A stretch of 64,000 nucleotides of DNA, taken from Eledone cirrhosa. Its lineage: Eukaryota. Numbering within the stretch: the stretch's first letter is position 1; each line of letters begins with the position of its first letter. The notes beneath the pieces were generated by a model, which did no database searches, was not told where the DNA came from, and was given only the letters and a program-made list of their open reading frames with translations. The position numbers were made by a program, and so were the translations under genes. The DNA lies in NCBI GenBank assembly GCA_964016885.1, contig OZ024741.1, positions 351,230,001-351,294,000 on the forward strand, in the 5' to 3' direction. Positions 11,530-24,219 of the stretch are shown here, one piece after another.

Positions 11530-11887
11530 TTTCTATATTAAATATATATATATATATATACACACACAGACACATTCACATTGACATACACATATATGTG
11601 AGCGTTTGTGGGTTTTTTAATATTTCTGTGAGTCATTGTATGTCTTTTATGTGACCTATTCTCTCTTCAGTCGTTAGGTTGTGGGGTTGGAGTTACTATT
11701 CCATTCGTGTTTTCTCTTGAGGCTCAGTCTACTCTCTGTTATATTTGTGGCCTCTGTAATTTGTCTGAGCATTTTGTCAGTTCTATGTGTAGATAGGATC
11801 TATACTTCAATGTTATCTACTGAGCCCCCATGATCTAGTTTTTTATAGTATTGATGATGATGGTGGTGGTATTGAAAATGATGATGA

Positions 11888-11932
<45 letters not shown>

Positions 11933-11998
11933 TATATATAAGTATGTATATATACACATATATATATGTATATATACACACATATATATATAAGTATG

Positions 11999-12032
<34 letters not shown>

Positions 12033-12049
12033 CATATATAGACATGTAG

Positions 12050-14770
12050 GAAGGGGAAATCTAGAGGATGAGAATATGTAAGCTAAAGGACCTTTCAGTT
12101 AAATACAGATTCAGGAAAGCTATATGTGATGCATATAAAAAGAGAAAGGAGGAGTTAGCTAGATATGGCATAGAGAACAATTTGGAGTTTCTATAAGACA
12201 ACCTATTACAGGCTACTGACAAAACTTATGGCTGGAGCAAACCACCAACCATATAAAGGTTGACCTGATGATGGAACAACACTGTTGATAGAGCCATTAA
12301 AGTGAAGAGAGAGGCATGGAAAGAGTAAAGCAAAGATCAATACCACATAGTTAAAAGAAAAGCTAAACAACAGGTATGCACAGAACACAAAGAAGCTGAA
12401 AGCAGGCCATTTACCAACGTTCTGCAATGTGAGGTGTTCTACATTGCAAGCAGTATGTTGGGGGAAAATATATTCGAAACAACACCGGTGCTCTGAGCAT
12501 CCCTGATGCTACTATGAGAGGCTGTTGAGTATGGAGAATAAGTGGAGGAAGAGTGATTACTCCCAGCTGACCCAACAGAGGGACCAGCCATTGAAATTAA
12601 CAGTTGTAAGGTCAAAGAAGCAATCAAGGAGATGAAAAATGGTAAAGCCACTGGACCATCAGACATAGTCGTTGAGATGCTGAAATCATCTAGAGAAGTA
12701 GGAATTGAACTAGTCACCTGCATAGTCAATCAGATAATACAGAATGTGGTCATATCCAGTGTCTGAGAGTAAACTTAACTAAAACTAAAGTGCTAGTAAG
12801 TAGGAAAGAAGATAGGACCCTGATTCCCTCTGGGAAGTGGCCCTACTCAATATATAGAAAAAGAGTAGGTATAAACTTCATATGTACACGATGTAAATCT
12901 TGGGTACATAAGAGTGTATGCTGATGACCTGTATGCTGATGACCTCGCACTTATAGCTGAATCTATGGTAGAACTAGAGAATAAATTCCAAACTTGGAAG
13001 CAGGGACTAGAAAGAAAGGGTCTCAAAGTCAACATGACAAAGACTAAGGTCCTTGTAAGTAGACAAGAAAACAGAACCCAGATCCCCTCAGGGAAATGGC
13101 CTTGCTCAGTATGTAGGAAAGGTGTAGGTAGGAACTCCATTCTCTGCCCCAAATGCAAACAATGGGTACACAAGAGATGTAGCGGGATCTCAGGAAGCTT
13201 AATTAAGAATGTAGGCTTCACATGCAGCAGCTGTGCTGGGCCAGCAAGCAGCAAACAGCCACAGGAAACAAGTACCACCAATCTCTGGGAGGGCTCTGTA
13301 GAAACAGTAGACAGCTTCTACTACCTAGGTGACGAAATTAGCAGCGGAGGTGGGTGTTCAGAAAGTAAAATAACTAGGTTAAGAACGGGATGGAAGAAGT
13401 TTAGGGAACTACTACCACTGCTAGCTGAAAAAGGCTTCTCCCTCAAAATGAAAGGCAGACTGTATGATGCGTGTATCCGAACAGCGATGTTGCATGGTAG
13501 TGAGACCTGGGCGCTGAAGGTGGAAGACTTACGTAGATTAGAGAGAAACGAAGCCTGCATGCTCCGATGGATGTGTAATAGTAATATACGCGAACGATAA
13601 AGCATAAATGAATTGAGAGAGAGACTGAGCATAAGAGGAATCAAATGCTGTGTGCAGGAGTTGCGTTGGTATGGACATGTGATGCGTATGAAGGATGACA
13701 GCTGCATAAAAAGGTGCAGAGCACTAGAAGTCGATGGAAACCGCGGAGTGGGGAGACCAAAGATGACCTGGGACGAGGTGATAAAAGCCGACCTTACCCA
13801 ATTACACCTCTCAAAGGCAATGACACACGACCGTGACCTCTGGCGTCACGCAGTAATACAGAGTACCCGACCTCCCATGGGTACAAGCTGAAGCATATAG
13901 ACAATATGCCCCCCCCCCCCCCCCACCGCAAGGTGGTCGTGGAGGAGCCACGGCAATAAAGCACCCAGCCCACACTGTAAAGTGGACGTGTAGGCGCTAC
14001 GAAAAAGCACCCAGCACTCACTGTAAATGAGGTTGGTGTTAGGAAGGGCATCCAGCTGTAGAAATCAAGCCAAATCAGTTCCTGTATGAGCAAGGCATGG
14101 TCAGCCGACCAGACACTGCCCACAACAGGACAACCCGTCTAACCCATGCTAGCGTGGAAGAACGGACGTAAAACAGTGATGATGATGATGATGATGATAA
14201 GAGCTGTAGTAGGATAACGAGTAGACTAACAGGAATGGAGAACTTTGCTGGTAAAAGATGCGCAGGAGAAATCGAGAGGAAGACTGCTAATGATATAAAC
14301 CTTTTCCAGTTACAGGAAGGATCCATAGACGTAGTTGATAGCTTCTGCTATCTAGGTGACCTAATTAACAGCGGAGGAGGTTGCTCTGAAAGCATAATAG
14401 CAAAATAAGGATAGGATAGAAAAAGTTTAGAGAACTACTTTCACTGTTGACTACAAAAGGTTTCTCCCTACGTTCAAAAGGATGACTGTATGATGCCTGT
14501 ATGTGAAGTGCGATGCTGCATGGTAGTGAAACATGGACACATGGATGAGGATCGATAGGTGAAGAAGTGCCAGGAAATGCCAGTGGAAGGAAGTTGCAAT
14601 AGAGGTAGACCAAGAAAGACCTGGGTAGAGGTAGTGAGAGCTGACCTCAAATTACTGAGACTCACAAAAGAGATGGTAAAGGAACGCAGTGAGTGGAGAG
14701 ATCCTGTGCTAAGAAAGACTTGTCTAACAATTGCAAGTGTGGAAAAACGAACGTAAAAATGATGATGAGG
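12050..14770 (+). mobile_element. nested RTE LINEs: younger copy 12915-14196 inside an older decayed copy
   Basis: YADDL RT ORF at 12914-13600, tail at ~14190. ATAAGAG target duplication at 12908-12914 and 14197-14203; the host element resumes at 14204. Confidence 0.85.
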
Positions 14771-15055
14771 ATGATATATATACCATATAACAGTTATTAT
14801 AAAGTGTTGAGATCTGGAAGGGTATCTAGCTGTAGGAAACCTGCTTCAAGAAGTCTCATTTCAAACCATGAAAGCATGGAAAAAGTGTATGTAATAATGA
14901 TTATGGTGATATTAGTTGCAGTTGAGTTGGTGGCAGTAGTGGTGATGATGATGATAATATTGATGCTGTAGTAGTATTACACAAGACCACATACATTATC
15001 AATTCTACACATGTTTAACTGAAACAACATTGACTCTTATGTCGTGTAATTGTAG

Positions 15056-15191
15056 GAATCATCAGGAAAATTCTCTCAGCCTCCAGAAGAGAGACCATAT
15101 CAAAGTGTTTCTTATAAAGAATTGTCAGAGTCTCATTCTGATGTAGTAAATGACACAACTTCATTGGTGAAACCACCTCTAGAACATCTCA
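15056..15191 (+). CDS. FIGNL1: FIGNL1 coding exon (variable linker)
   Basis: tgtag|...|gtgagt, phase 0-1, open frame ESSGKFSQPPEERPYQ... Phase fits both neighbouring exons. Confidence 0.75.
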
Positions 15192-16061
15192 GTGAGTATC
15201 TGGTTTTATAAGGCTGCTACTTTTGGTACAAGTTCTTTACTGTTATGTTTAGGATCTTGTGAAGTTTGTATTAACCCCTTTGTTACCATATTTCTAATTA
15301 TTAAAACTGCATATGATTTTCAAATAATTTTGAAAATAATCAAGAATTTAGACGAATTTAGTAAAATAACTAACTTTCTCATTATTAATGCTTTCATTAC
15401 GAAATACACTATGATTTTCAAATCATTTTGAAAACAATAAAATATTTGGAGAGATTTAATAAAATAATTAACCTTCTTATTATTAAGTTACTTTTTGCCA
15501 CAAAAAATTCTTACATAAAATTATGATTGAAGGTTTTTAAATAAAAATAAGCACTTGTCAATTCTCTTCATGTAAATAATGAACAGGAGAGGTAACAGTA
15601 TGCATCCTTAGCAGATTCCGACTCCCACCTTGAATGGTTTCAATTTAGTATACCCAAATAGTTAAAATATTTAAAAAGTACAGCCTAAACCTGAAACAAT
15701 TAGAGGAGCTGATATAATCAACTAAAACCTTTGAAAGCAGTACTGCAATCCAATGACTGAAACCAGTTAAAGAATAGAATAATAAATCCATTCAGTGTTT
15801 AATTTTTCTTTTTGCTGTGTGTATTTGATTTAGAATAGTTACACCACATACCTGTCTGTCGTAAGAGGCAATTAAAGGAGTTAGCACCAAGAAACGCATC
15901 TGTCCTTAAAATATTGTCTTAAAAAGGACCTCATGTTGAATATAAGTCCTGTCATGCAACCTACAGAGCCTACTCATGCATAAGCAGAAGAAAAAGGCCT
16001 TAAAGCACTTGTTATTGTCATTGTATTGCTTACTTTCTTTTTTTTGTTTATATTTTTTCAG

Positions 16062-16418
16062 ATATGGATGAAAATACATCACCAACTTTCAATAATGCAA
16101 ATAAAGCACCTTGTTTCAAGACCAACAATGAGCAATTGCAGTGCCATTCAAATTTCAAGAAGCTGTCTGCATTCTCTACAATTGGCCAAAATTCCAAATG
16201 TAGTAACTTCTTCAAAGACATGAGTTCATCATCAATGTCTCAGTTCCCTGAGCAGAGAGACACAGTCTCCAGTTTCAATTCAGCTCAACAGAAATTGCAG
16301 TTTCCTATCAAACATCAAAATAACCAGAATACTGAAAGAATGTTCCTTGAAAAATCTGCAGCTGACCAGCCTGTTAATCGAGGAGTCTTCAACAAAAGGT
16401 CTCTCTTTTCTAAAACAG
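16062..16418 (+). CDS. FIGNL1: FIGNL1 coding exon (S/N/Q-rich linker)
   Basis: Polypyrimidine tract + cag|...|gtaaaa, phase 1-1. Matches ORF 16064 (MDENTSPTFNNANK...LFSKT). Confidence 0.8.
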
Positions 16419-17218
16419 GTAAAATATTGATCATCTCTGTTTTATTAATTTACATTTTTTTTTTTTTACACTGGAAAAAAACGTAATTACATCTACATCA
16501 TTACAGTTAGACTTAATCCTTTTAAGACCAAACCATCTGAAACCACTCCCAAGTCTGCAATACCAAACTGTTTGTTTTATCTACATAGACTGAAATGTTC
16601 ACCCAATGAGAGATAGGTATACATAACTATTAAGATTGTGAGTACACTTTAGTGTTATGAGACTCGAGGCAAGCTTACACATGCTGATGCTATGATAAAA
16701 TACGCTTAGCACATTGGATCGGGTTGTGTTAGAAAGGGTATCAAGCTATAAAAATCATGGCAAAAATTGAACATGAGTGAGCTGCACTTTTCTGACTCAC
16801 ATAGGAGGGCAGTAACTCTGAATAAGCTCATTTTGAAAACCTCTCCAACCCATGCCAATGTGAAAGCTGATGTAAAATGATGATGATTAGTTTAATTCTT
16901 AACATCCTGTAATAATTTTGCAGAAAGTGTCTAAAAACAGGTTTATTAACTCTAACATTCTGTAATGATTTAGCAGAAAATATCTAAAAATAGGTCTGTT
17001 AATCCAGATGTTTATAGTATCTCTATTAGTGAGCAAATCATTGTGAAAATTTGCAGAATTTTAATAAGGACTTCAAATTTTAATGTGATGTAGTCTAGTT
17101 ATTATGATCTGAATTGACAAGATCCTAGATATCATTCGCTATCTACCAGTCACTATCAATGTGGTTTCATGTGGTACAAGACGGTAACAAGAGTTAATAT
17201 TTTGTTTTTCTTTTGTAG

Positions 17219-17289
17219 TAACACCAACAGAGGAACCAAATATCAGATTTGGTGCTGATCAGTTTCAAAATCGAAGAAATCGATCATCG
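17219..17289 (+). CDS. FIGNL1: FIGNL1 coding exon
   Basis: ttttgtag|...|gtctgt, phase 1-0. VTPTEEPNIRFGADQFQNRRNRSS. Confidence 0.7.
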
Positions 17290-17710
17290 GTCTGTTCTTT
17301 ATCATTCTGTTACACTTCTACTATTGAATCAGCTGATTGTTTCCTTAACACTTTTCATACCAAATTACCTGAAATTACCTCCCCATAAACGACACAAAAT
17401 TGTTTATTTTATATAAAAACCTTTCATCATAATTTTATGTTAGAACCTTTGTTAAGTTATGCTCCAAACACCAGCTTAATAACGAGAAAGTTAATTATAT
17501 CATTAAATCTTTCTAAACTCTTGGTTATTTTTAAAATTTCATTAGAAATATCATATGTTTATATTTATCTAAAAACCTTCCATCATAATTTTATGTAAGA
17601 ACCTTTAAGTTAAGTTCGAAACACCTATTTAAAAATAAGAAAGTTATATTACTAAATCGCTCCAAATTCTTGATTATTTTCAATGTTAAATGAAAATCAT
17701 AGGCAAAGCA

Positions 17711-18690
17711 CAGATGGTTCTATAGAAATAGTGGACACCTTCCGTTACCTGGGTGACAAAATCAGCAGTGGTGGAGGGTGCTCTGAAAGTACAGTAGCTA
17801 GAGTCAGAACGGGATGAAAAAAGTTCAGAGAGCTTATACCACTATTGGCCGCTAAAGGGTTCTCTCTAAAAATGAAAGGCAGGCTGTATGATACCTGCAT
17901 ACGAACAGCAATGTTGCATGGCAGTGAGACCTGGGCATTGAGTGCAGAGGATATATGCAGACTGGAGAGGAACGAAGCTTGCATGCTTCGCTGGATGTGT
18001 AATAGTAATATACGTGAACAGCAAAGCATAAACGAACTAAGGGAGAAATTAGGTATAAGAGGGATCAGATGCTGTTTACTCGAGAGAAGACTATGTTGGT
18101 ACGGTCACGTGTTGTGCATGAAAGACGACAGCTGTATAAAAAAGTGCAGGGCGATAAAAATAGACGGTAGCCACGGAGTAGGCAGACCCAGAAAAACCTG
18201 GGACGACTTGATAAATTCCGACCTCACACACTTACACCTCTCCAAGACAATGTCACTGGACCGAGATCTTTGGCGCTACACAGTAATAGAGAAGACCCGC
18301 CTTGCCTAAGTACAAAGCGAAACCTACAGTCAGTAGGCACCTCTAACAAAAATACACCCCCCATCCCCCCATCCACACCACCCCTTCCAATGTAAAGTTA
18401 TGTTGGTACCACAACATCCAGTCAGAAACAAATGAGGTCGTGTAGGTGTCACGACAAAAAAACACACAGTCCACGCTGTAATGTGGCCGTGTAGGTAACA
18501 CGGTAAAAACCTCCCAGTCCACACTGTAAACGTGGTTGGTGTTAGGAAGGGCATCCAGCCGTAGAAAACCCGCCAGACAGTCCTATGCGAGCAAGACAAC
18601 CAATCTTGCCTCAAGTGGTAAAATTCCCGTCCAAACCCATGCTAGCGTGGAAGATGGACGTTAAACGATGATGATGATGATGATGATGAG
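17711..18690 (+). mobile_element. 5'-truncated RTE LINE (subfamily A)
   Basis: ORF 17845-18309, 3' UTR and (GAT)n tail. Confidence 0.88.
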
Positions 18691-18785
18691 TGTCCATATT
18701 TAGAAATATGTTAACAAAATGGTTAATATACTTAATACTTTTTAATTATGTGCAGTAAACGTTTTTGTTTTCTTATTTTTCAAAG

Positions 18786-18917
18786 TTCTATAAATCTGAC
18801 CATTACAATGGTAGAGGTTCTGCTGCTGCTGCTGATATTTATGATGATGATGATGATGATGATGATGATATGGTTGGTAGCAGGCAGAGTTGCTTCCGTA
18901 CTGCTAAAGATCAGTTC
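18786..18917 (+). CDS. FIGNL1: FIGNL1 coding exon with RAD51-binding FxxA motif
   Basis: aag|...|gtaagt, phase 0-0. Ends with D9-MVGSRQSCFRTAKDQF (human FKTAKEQL). Confidence 0.85.
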
Positions 18918-18979
18918 GTAAGTAAATAATAAATATTCGTTTGTTTGAATTTATATATGTATGTGTGTATATATATATA

Positions 18980-19720
18980 TATGATGCATGCATACGAACA
19001 GCAATGCTATATGATAGTGAGACCTGGGTGTTGTGTGCAGAAGACTTGCATAGATTAGAAAGAAACGAAGCTTGCATGCTCCGATGGATGTGTAATAGTA
19101 ATATACACGAAAGGCAAAGCATAAATGAATTAAGAGAGAGACTAAGCATAAGAGGAATCAAATGTTGTGTGCAGGAGAGGAGATTGCATTGGTATGGACA
19201 TGTGATGCGTATGAATGATGACAGTTGCATAAAAAGGTGCAGAGCACTAAAAGTCGATGGAAGCCTTGGAGTGGGGAGACCCAAGAACACCCGGAATGAG
19301 GTGATAAAAACTGACCTTGCCTAATTGCACCACTCAAAGGCGATGAAATAGGACCGAGACCTCTTGCGTTACACAGTAATACAGAAGACCCGAGTTCCCA
19401 TGGGTTCAAGCCGAAGCTGAAGCATATAGACAATACGCCCCCACGCCCCTCCCGCTGTAAAGTGGTCGTGTAGGTGTCACGACAAAAAGCACCCAGTCCA
19501 CACTGTAAAGTGGTTGTGTTGGCGCCACAGTAAAAAAGCATCCAGTACTCACTGTAAATGAGGTTGGTGTTAGGAAGGGCATCCAGCTGTAGAAATCAAG
19601 CCAAAATCAGTCCTGTATGAGCAAGACACGTTCACCTGATCTGGCATTGCCCACAACAGGACAACCCATCTAACCCATGCTAGCGTGGAGACATCGACGT
19701 AAAACAGTGATGATGATGAT
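18980..19720 (+). mobile_element. 5'-truncated RTE LINE (subfamily B)
   Basis: YDACIRTAML...WYGHV...GRPK and tail. Followed tail-to-tail by a minus-strand tail fragment at ~19725-19980. Confidence 0.85.
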
Positions 19721-20118
19721 ATCGTCATCATCATTATCACTGTTTAATGTCCATTTTTCCATGCTAGTATGGGTTAGATGAGTTGTCCTGTTGTGAGACA
19801 AGTCAGATCAGATGACCATGTTTTGCTTATACGGCTTGGTTTCTACAGCTGAATGCCCTTTCTAATATCAACCACATTTACTGTGAGAACTGGGCACTTT
19901 TTATCATGTCACCAACATGACCACTTTACAATGTTGATTGGGCCCTGTTTGTTGTAGCACCAAAACACCCACTTTACAGTGGTGTTACAGGTCTATCACC
20001 CAGGGCTAGGTGGGGGTGTTAAACTGGTAAGTGCATTAAATCTACCACCAAAAGTTAGATATATTAAAATGAAGGCTTCTGTAATTTTGTTGTTCATATA
20101 TTTTCCTTCTTTGACTAG

Positions 20119-20228
20119 ATTGCTAACAATATGAAGAAATATGGCAGAGGAGGAAATAATGGCACCAATGGTGGAGCTGTGGCTCCTTCAGCTTATGGTG
20201 GTGCTGCAAGGAAATGTCTGGGAACAAG
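20119..20228 (+). CDS. FIGNL1: FIGNL1 coding exon (RAD51-binding region)
   Basis: ctag|...|gtaata, phase 0-2. NMKKYGRGG...SAYGGAARKCLGT (human SSYGGVKKSLGA). Confidence 0.88.
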
Positions 20229-20439
20229 GTAATATTTAGTTCTATTGTTGAATAAATACCAGGCACTAACTGACCATTTTCTTTTTGTGCTAGTCACCAT
20301 TGAAACCTTAGGTGACCTTGGTCCTCAGACTGTCATTTTCCTCCTTCAAATATGGGAGGAGAACATCATGGCTTGAGGAAGGAGTTCCATAAGGTGGAAT
20401 GTCTGATTCAGCAGGTATTGCTGGCTGTTCTCTGTGGCA

Positions 20440-23255
20440 ATCATCATCATCATCATCATTATTGTTTAACATCTATCTTCCACGCTAGCATGGGTTTAGA
20501 CGGGAATTGTCCCACTGAAGGCAAGATTGGTCGTCTCGCTCGTATAGGACTGTCTGGCAGGTTTTCTACGACTGGATGCCCTTCCTAACACCAACCACGT
20601 TTACAGTGTGGACTGGGAGGTTTTTACCATGTTACCTACATGGCCACATTACAGTGTGTTTTTTTGTCGTGACACCTACACGGCCTCATTTTTTTAGGAC
20701 TGGATGTTGTGGTACCAACATAACTTTACACAGAAAGGGGTGATGTAGATGGGGGTGGGGTGGGGGAGTTGGGGTAGTGGGATGGGGGTGTATGTTTGAT
20801 TAAGAGGTACCTACTGACTGTAGGTTTCGCTTTGTACTTAGGTAAGGTGGGTTATCTGTATTACTGCGAAGCGCCAAAGATCTCGGTCCAGTGACATTGT
20901 CTTAGAGAGGTGCAAGTGTGTAAGGTCAGAATTTATCAAATCGTCCCAGGTTTTTCTGGGTCTGCCTACTCCGTAACTTCCGTCAATTTTGATTGCCCTG
21001 CACTTTTTTATACAGCTGTCGTCTTTCATGCGCATCATACCAACGTAATCTTCTCTCGAGTAAACAGCATCTGATCCCTCTTATATCTAATTTCTCACTT
21101 AGTTCATTTATGCTTTGCTGTTCACGTATATTACTATTACACATCCAGCGGAGCATGCATGCTCCGTTCCTCTCCAGTCTGCGCAGATCCTCTGCACAAA
21201 ATGCCCATGTCTCACTGCCATGTAACATAGCTGTTCGTATGCAGGCATCATACAGTCTGCCTTTCATTTTTAGAGAGAAACCTTTAGTTGCCAATAGTGG
21301 TATAAGCTCTCAGAACTTTTTCCATCCCGTTCTGACTCTGGCTACTGTACTTTCGGAGCACCCTCCACCACTGCTGATTTTGTCACCCAGGTAACGGAAG
21401 GTGTCCACTATTTCTATAGAACCATCTGGGCAATAGAAGGAGCTAGTTTCCTGTGGGCACTTGCTACTTATTGCACCTGAGCACCGGCCACACATAAAAT
21501 CTACGTTCTTAGATAGCTTACCTGTGATCTCACTACATCTTTTATGCACCCATACTTTGCATTTGGGACATAAAATGGAATTTCTGCCTACTCCTTTCCT
21601 ATACACTGAGCATGGCCATTTCCCAGAGGGGACCTGTGCCCTATTTTCCTTCCTACATACTAGAACTTTAGTCTTAGACAAGTTAACTTTAAGGCCTTTT
21701 GATTCTAGGCCATGCTTCCATGTTTGGAATTTCTTCTCTAGTTCAGCCATCGATTCAGCTATGAGCGTTAGATCATCTGCATAAAGAAGTTCCCATGGCA
21801 GCCGGTCTTGAACTCCTCTGTTATAGCCTGAAGGGCAATAATAAATAGGAGGGGCTAAGGACAGAGCCCTGATGAACATCAACTTTTACGCTAAATTCTT
21901 CACTATATTCGTTGTTAATTCTAACCTTGCTTGACTGTTTCTTTACCCTTGTAGCAGTTAATGATGATGCTGCTACGCCAGTCATTTAGTATGACCCCGT
22001 TCTGTATGACTTGGTTTACTATCCGGGTGACCATAGTGTGTCCCACCGTTCCAGATGCCTTCAGCATTTCAGCAACTATCTCCGAAGGCTCAGCTGCCTT
22101 GCCTGTCTTCATATCTTTGATTGCTTTACTTATTATACTACCTTCAACTTGCACTGCTGGTCCCTCTATTTGATCGATGTGGGGCAGACTATCTTTGTCC
22201 CATTTATTCTCCTCATTTAGTAGCCTCTCGTAGTGATACTTCCTAGCTACCTTCTTATCAACATCAGTGATGGCAAGTACACCATTATCATTACGGACAC
22301 ATTTCTCCCCGACAATATCACAGTTTTCCTTGACACATTGCCTAGCAATCCTGAACACCTCACGTTTTTGGTCCTCACGTTGTAGAACATGCTTGAACTT
22401 TCTTTCCTCTGCTTCCCTTCTTGCAAAGTACACTTGTCTCCTAGCTTCCCTCCTGGCCACTTGATAGTGTTCTTTACTTCCCCCATCCCACCATACTTTC
22501 CAAGCCTGCTTTTTGGCCTTGATTGACTCCTCCACCTTACTGTTCCACCACCAACTTACTCTCCTCCTGCCTATAGGTCTGCCCCAGCCACAGATTTCAT
22601 CTGTCGCCTTCAACAGGTTAACTTTCAGGAATTCCCACTGTTCCTCTATATTGTACGTCTCTAATTGCTCTTCCTTACTGTTAAAAGCATCAAGTAATAT
22701 GCTTTTAAATTTGTTACTGGCTGTGGGGTCCTTTAACTTCCATATTCTTCATCTTAGGGTAGTCCTCCTCTGTTGTTGAGTATGTCTCGTCCTGACTATG
22801 AGGTTGCTAACTATGAGGCTATGTTGGGAGGTGCATTCTTCATGGAGGAGGGATTTAGTGTTTACAACAGACACTCTGTCACGTCTTCTGGTAAGGATAT
22901 AATCTATCTGACTGGCGTGTTCCCCTGATCTATAGGTGATCAAGTGATTGTCTCATTTTTTGAAGTTTGTGTTACAGATAGTTAGGTTATTTGCGTCCAG
23001 AATTCCAGGATTCTGGAGCCTTCCTCATTTCTAGAACCAAACCATAGCCTCCATGGATTCCGTCATAGCCGTCTCAATGTTGTCCTACATGACCATTTAG
23101 GTCGCCAGCAATAATTATGTAGTCACTGTCGGTTATTTTGGAGGTAGTGAGCATTAGCGACTCATAGAATCTGTCTTATATAACGCCAGGCAGTCCGGAT
23201 TTGGGTGCATACACAGATATTATTGTCGCAGTAGTTCTATTTAGGACAATGCTTT
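20440..23255 (-). mobile_element. RTE LINE (subfamily A) with APE and RT remnants and an internal deletion
   Basis: SQIDYIL (APE), WWWN linker, LLYADDL RT, C-terminus and tail. RT N-terminal part deleted near 21935. Confidence 0.9.
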
Positions 23256-23469
23256 TGCCATCTTGTTTTCAGGGCGCAGCTAAGATATACCATCAAGCCC
23301 AGGATGTAGAGTTTCCCTCCTTTTATTTTGTTTTTCTTTTGTCATTTTTGTAAATTGTATTCTTGTTTTATTTTATCAAGAATGACAGAATTATGTGGGT
23401 TTAACTCTTCTTTTGAGCCCTAGTTGAAAAAGAAATACTGCAAATGTATTGTATATGTATGTATTTGTA

Positions 23470-24170
23470 CATCATCATCATTATCGTTTTACGTCCGTTC
23501 TTCCACGCTAACATGGATTAGACGGGTTGTCCTGTTGTGGGCAGTGTCCAGTCGGCTGACCTTGTCTTGCTCATACAGGAACTGTTTCTGGCTTGATTTC
23601 TACAGCTGGATGCCCTTCCTAACACCAACCTCATTTACAGTGAGTGCTGGGTGCTTTTTTCCGTGATGCCTACACGTCCACTTTACAGTGTGGGCTGGGT
23701 TTTTTTTTGCAGTGGGATGGTGTGGGGGCATATTGTCTATATGCTTCAGCTTCGGCTTGTTCCTGTGGGGTGTCGGGTCTTCTGTATTACTGCGTGACAC
23801 CAGAGGTCACGGTCGTGTGTCATTGCTCTTGAGAGGTGCAATTGGGTAACGCCGGCCTTTATCACCTCATCCCAGGTCTTTTTGGGTCTCCCCACTCCGC
23901 AGCTTCCATCGACTTCTAGTGCTCTGCACCTTTTTATGCAGCTGTCATCCTTCATACGCATCATATGTCAATACCAACGTAACCTCCTCTCCTGCACACA
24001 GCATTTGATTCCTCTTATGCTTAGTCTCTCTCTCAATTCGTTTATACTTTGCCGTTCGCGTATATTACTATTACACATCCATCGGAGCATGCAGGCTTCG
24101 TTTCTTTCTAATCTACGCAAATCTTCTACAGACAGCGCCCAGGTTTCACTTCCATGTAACATTGCTGTTC

Positions 24171-24172
<2 letters not shown>
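23470..24172 (-). mobile_element. 5'-truncated RTE LINE (subfamily B)
   Basis: ORFs 23968-24261 and 23746-23964, plus tail. Confidence 0.87.
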
Positions 24173-24219
<47 letters not shown>

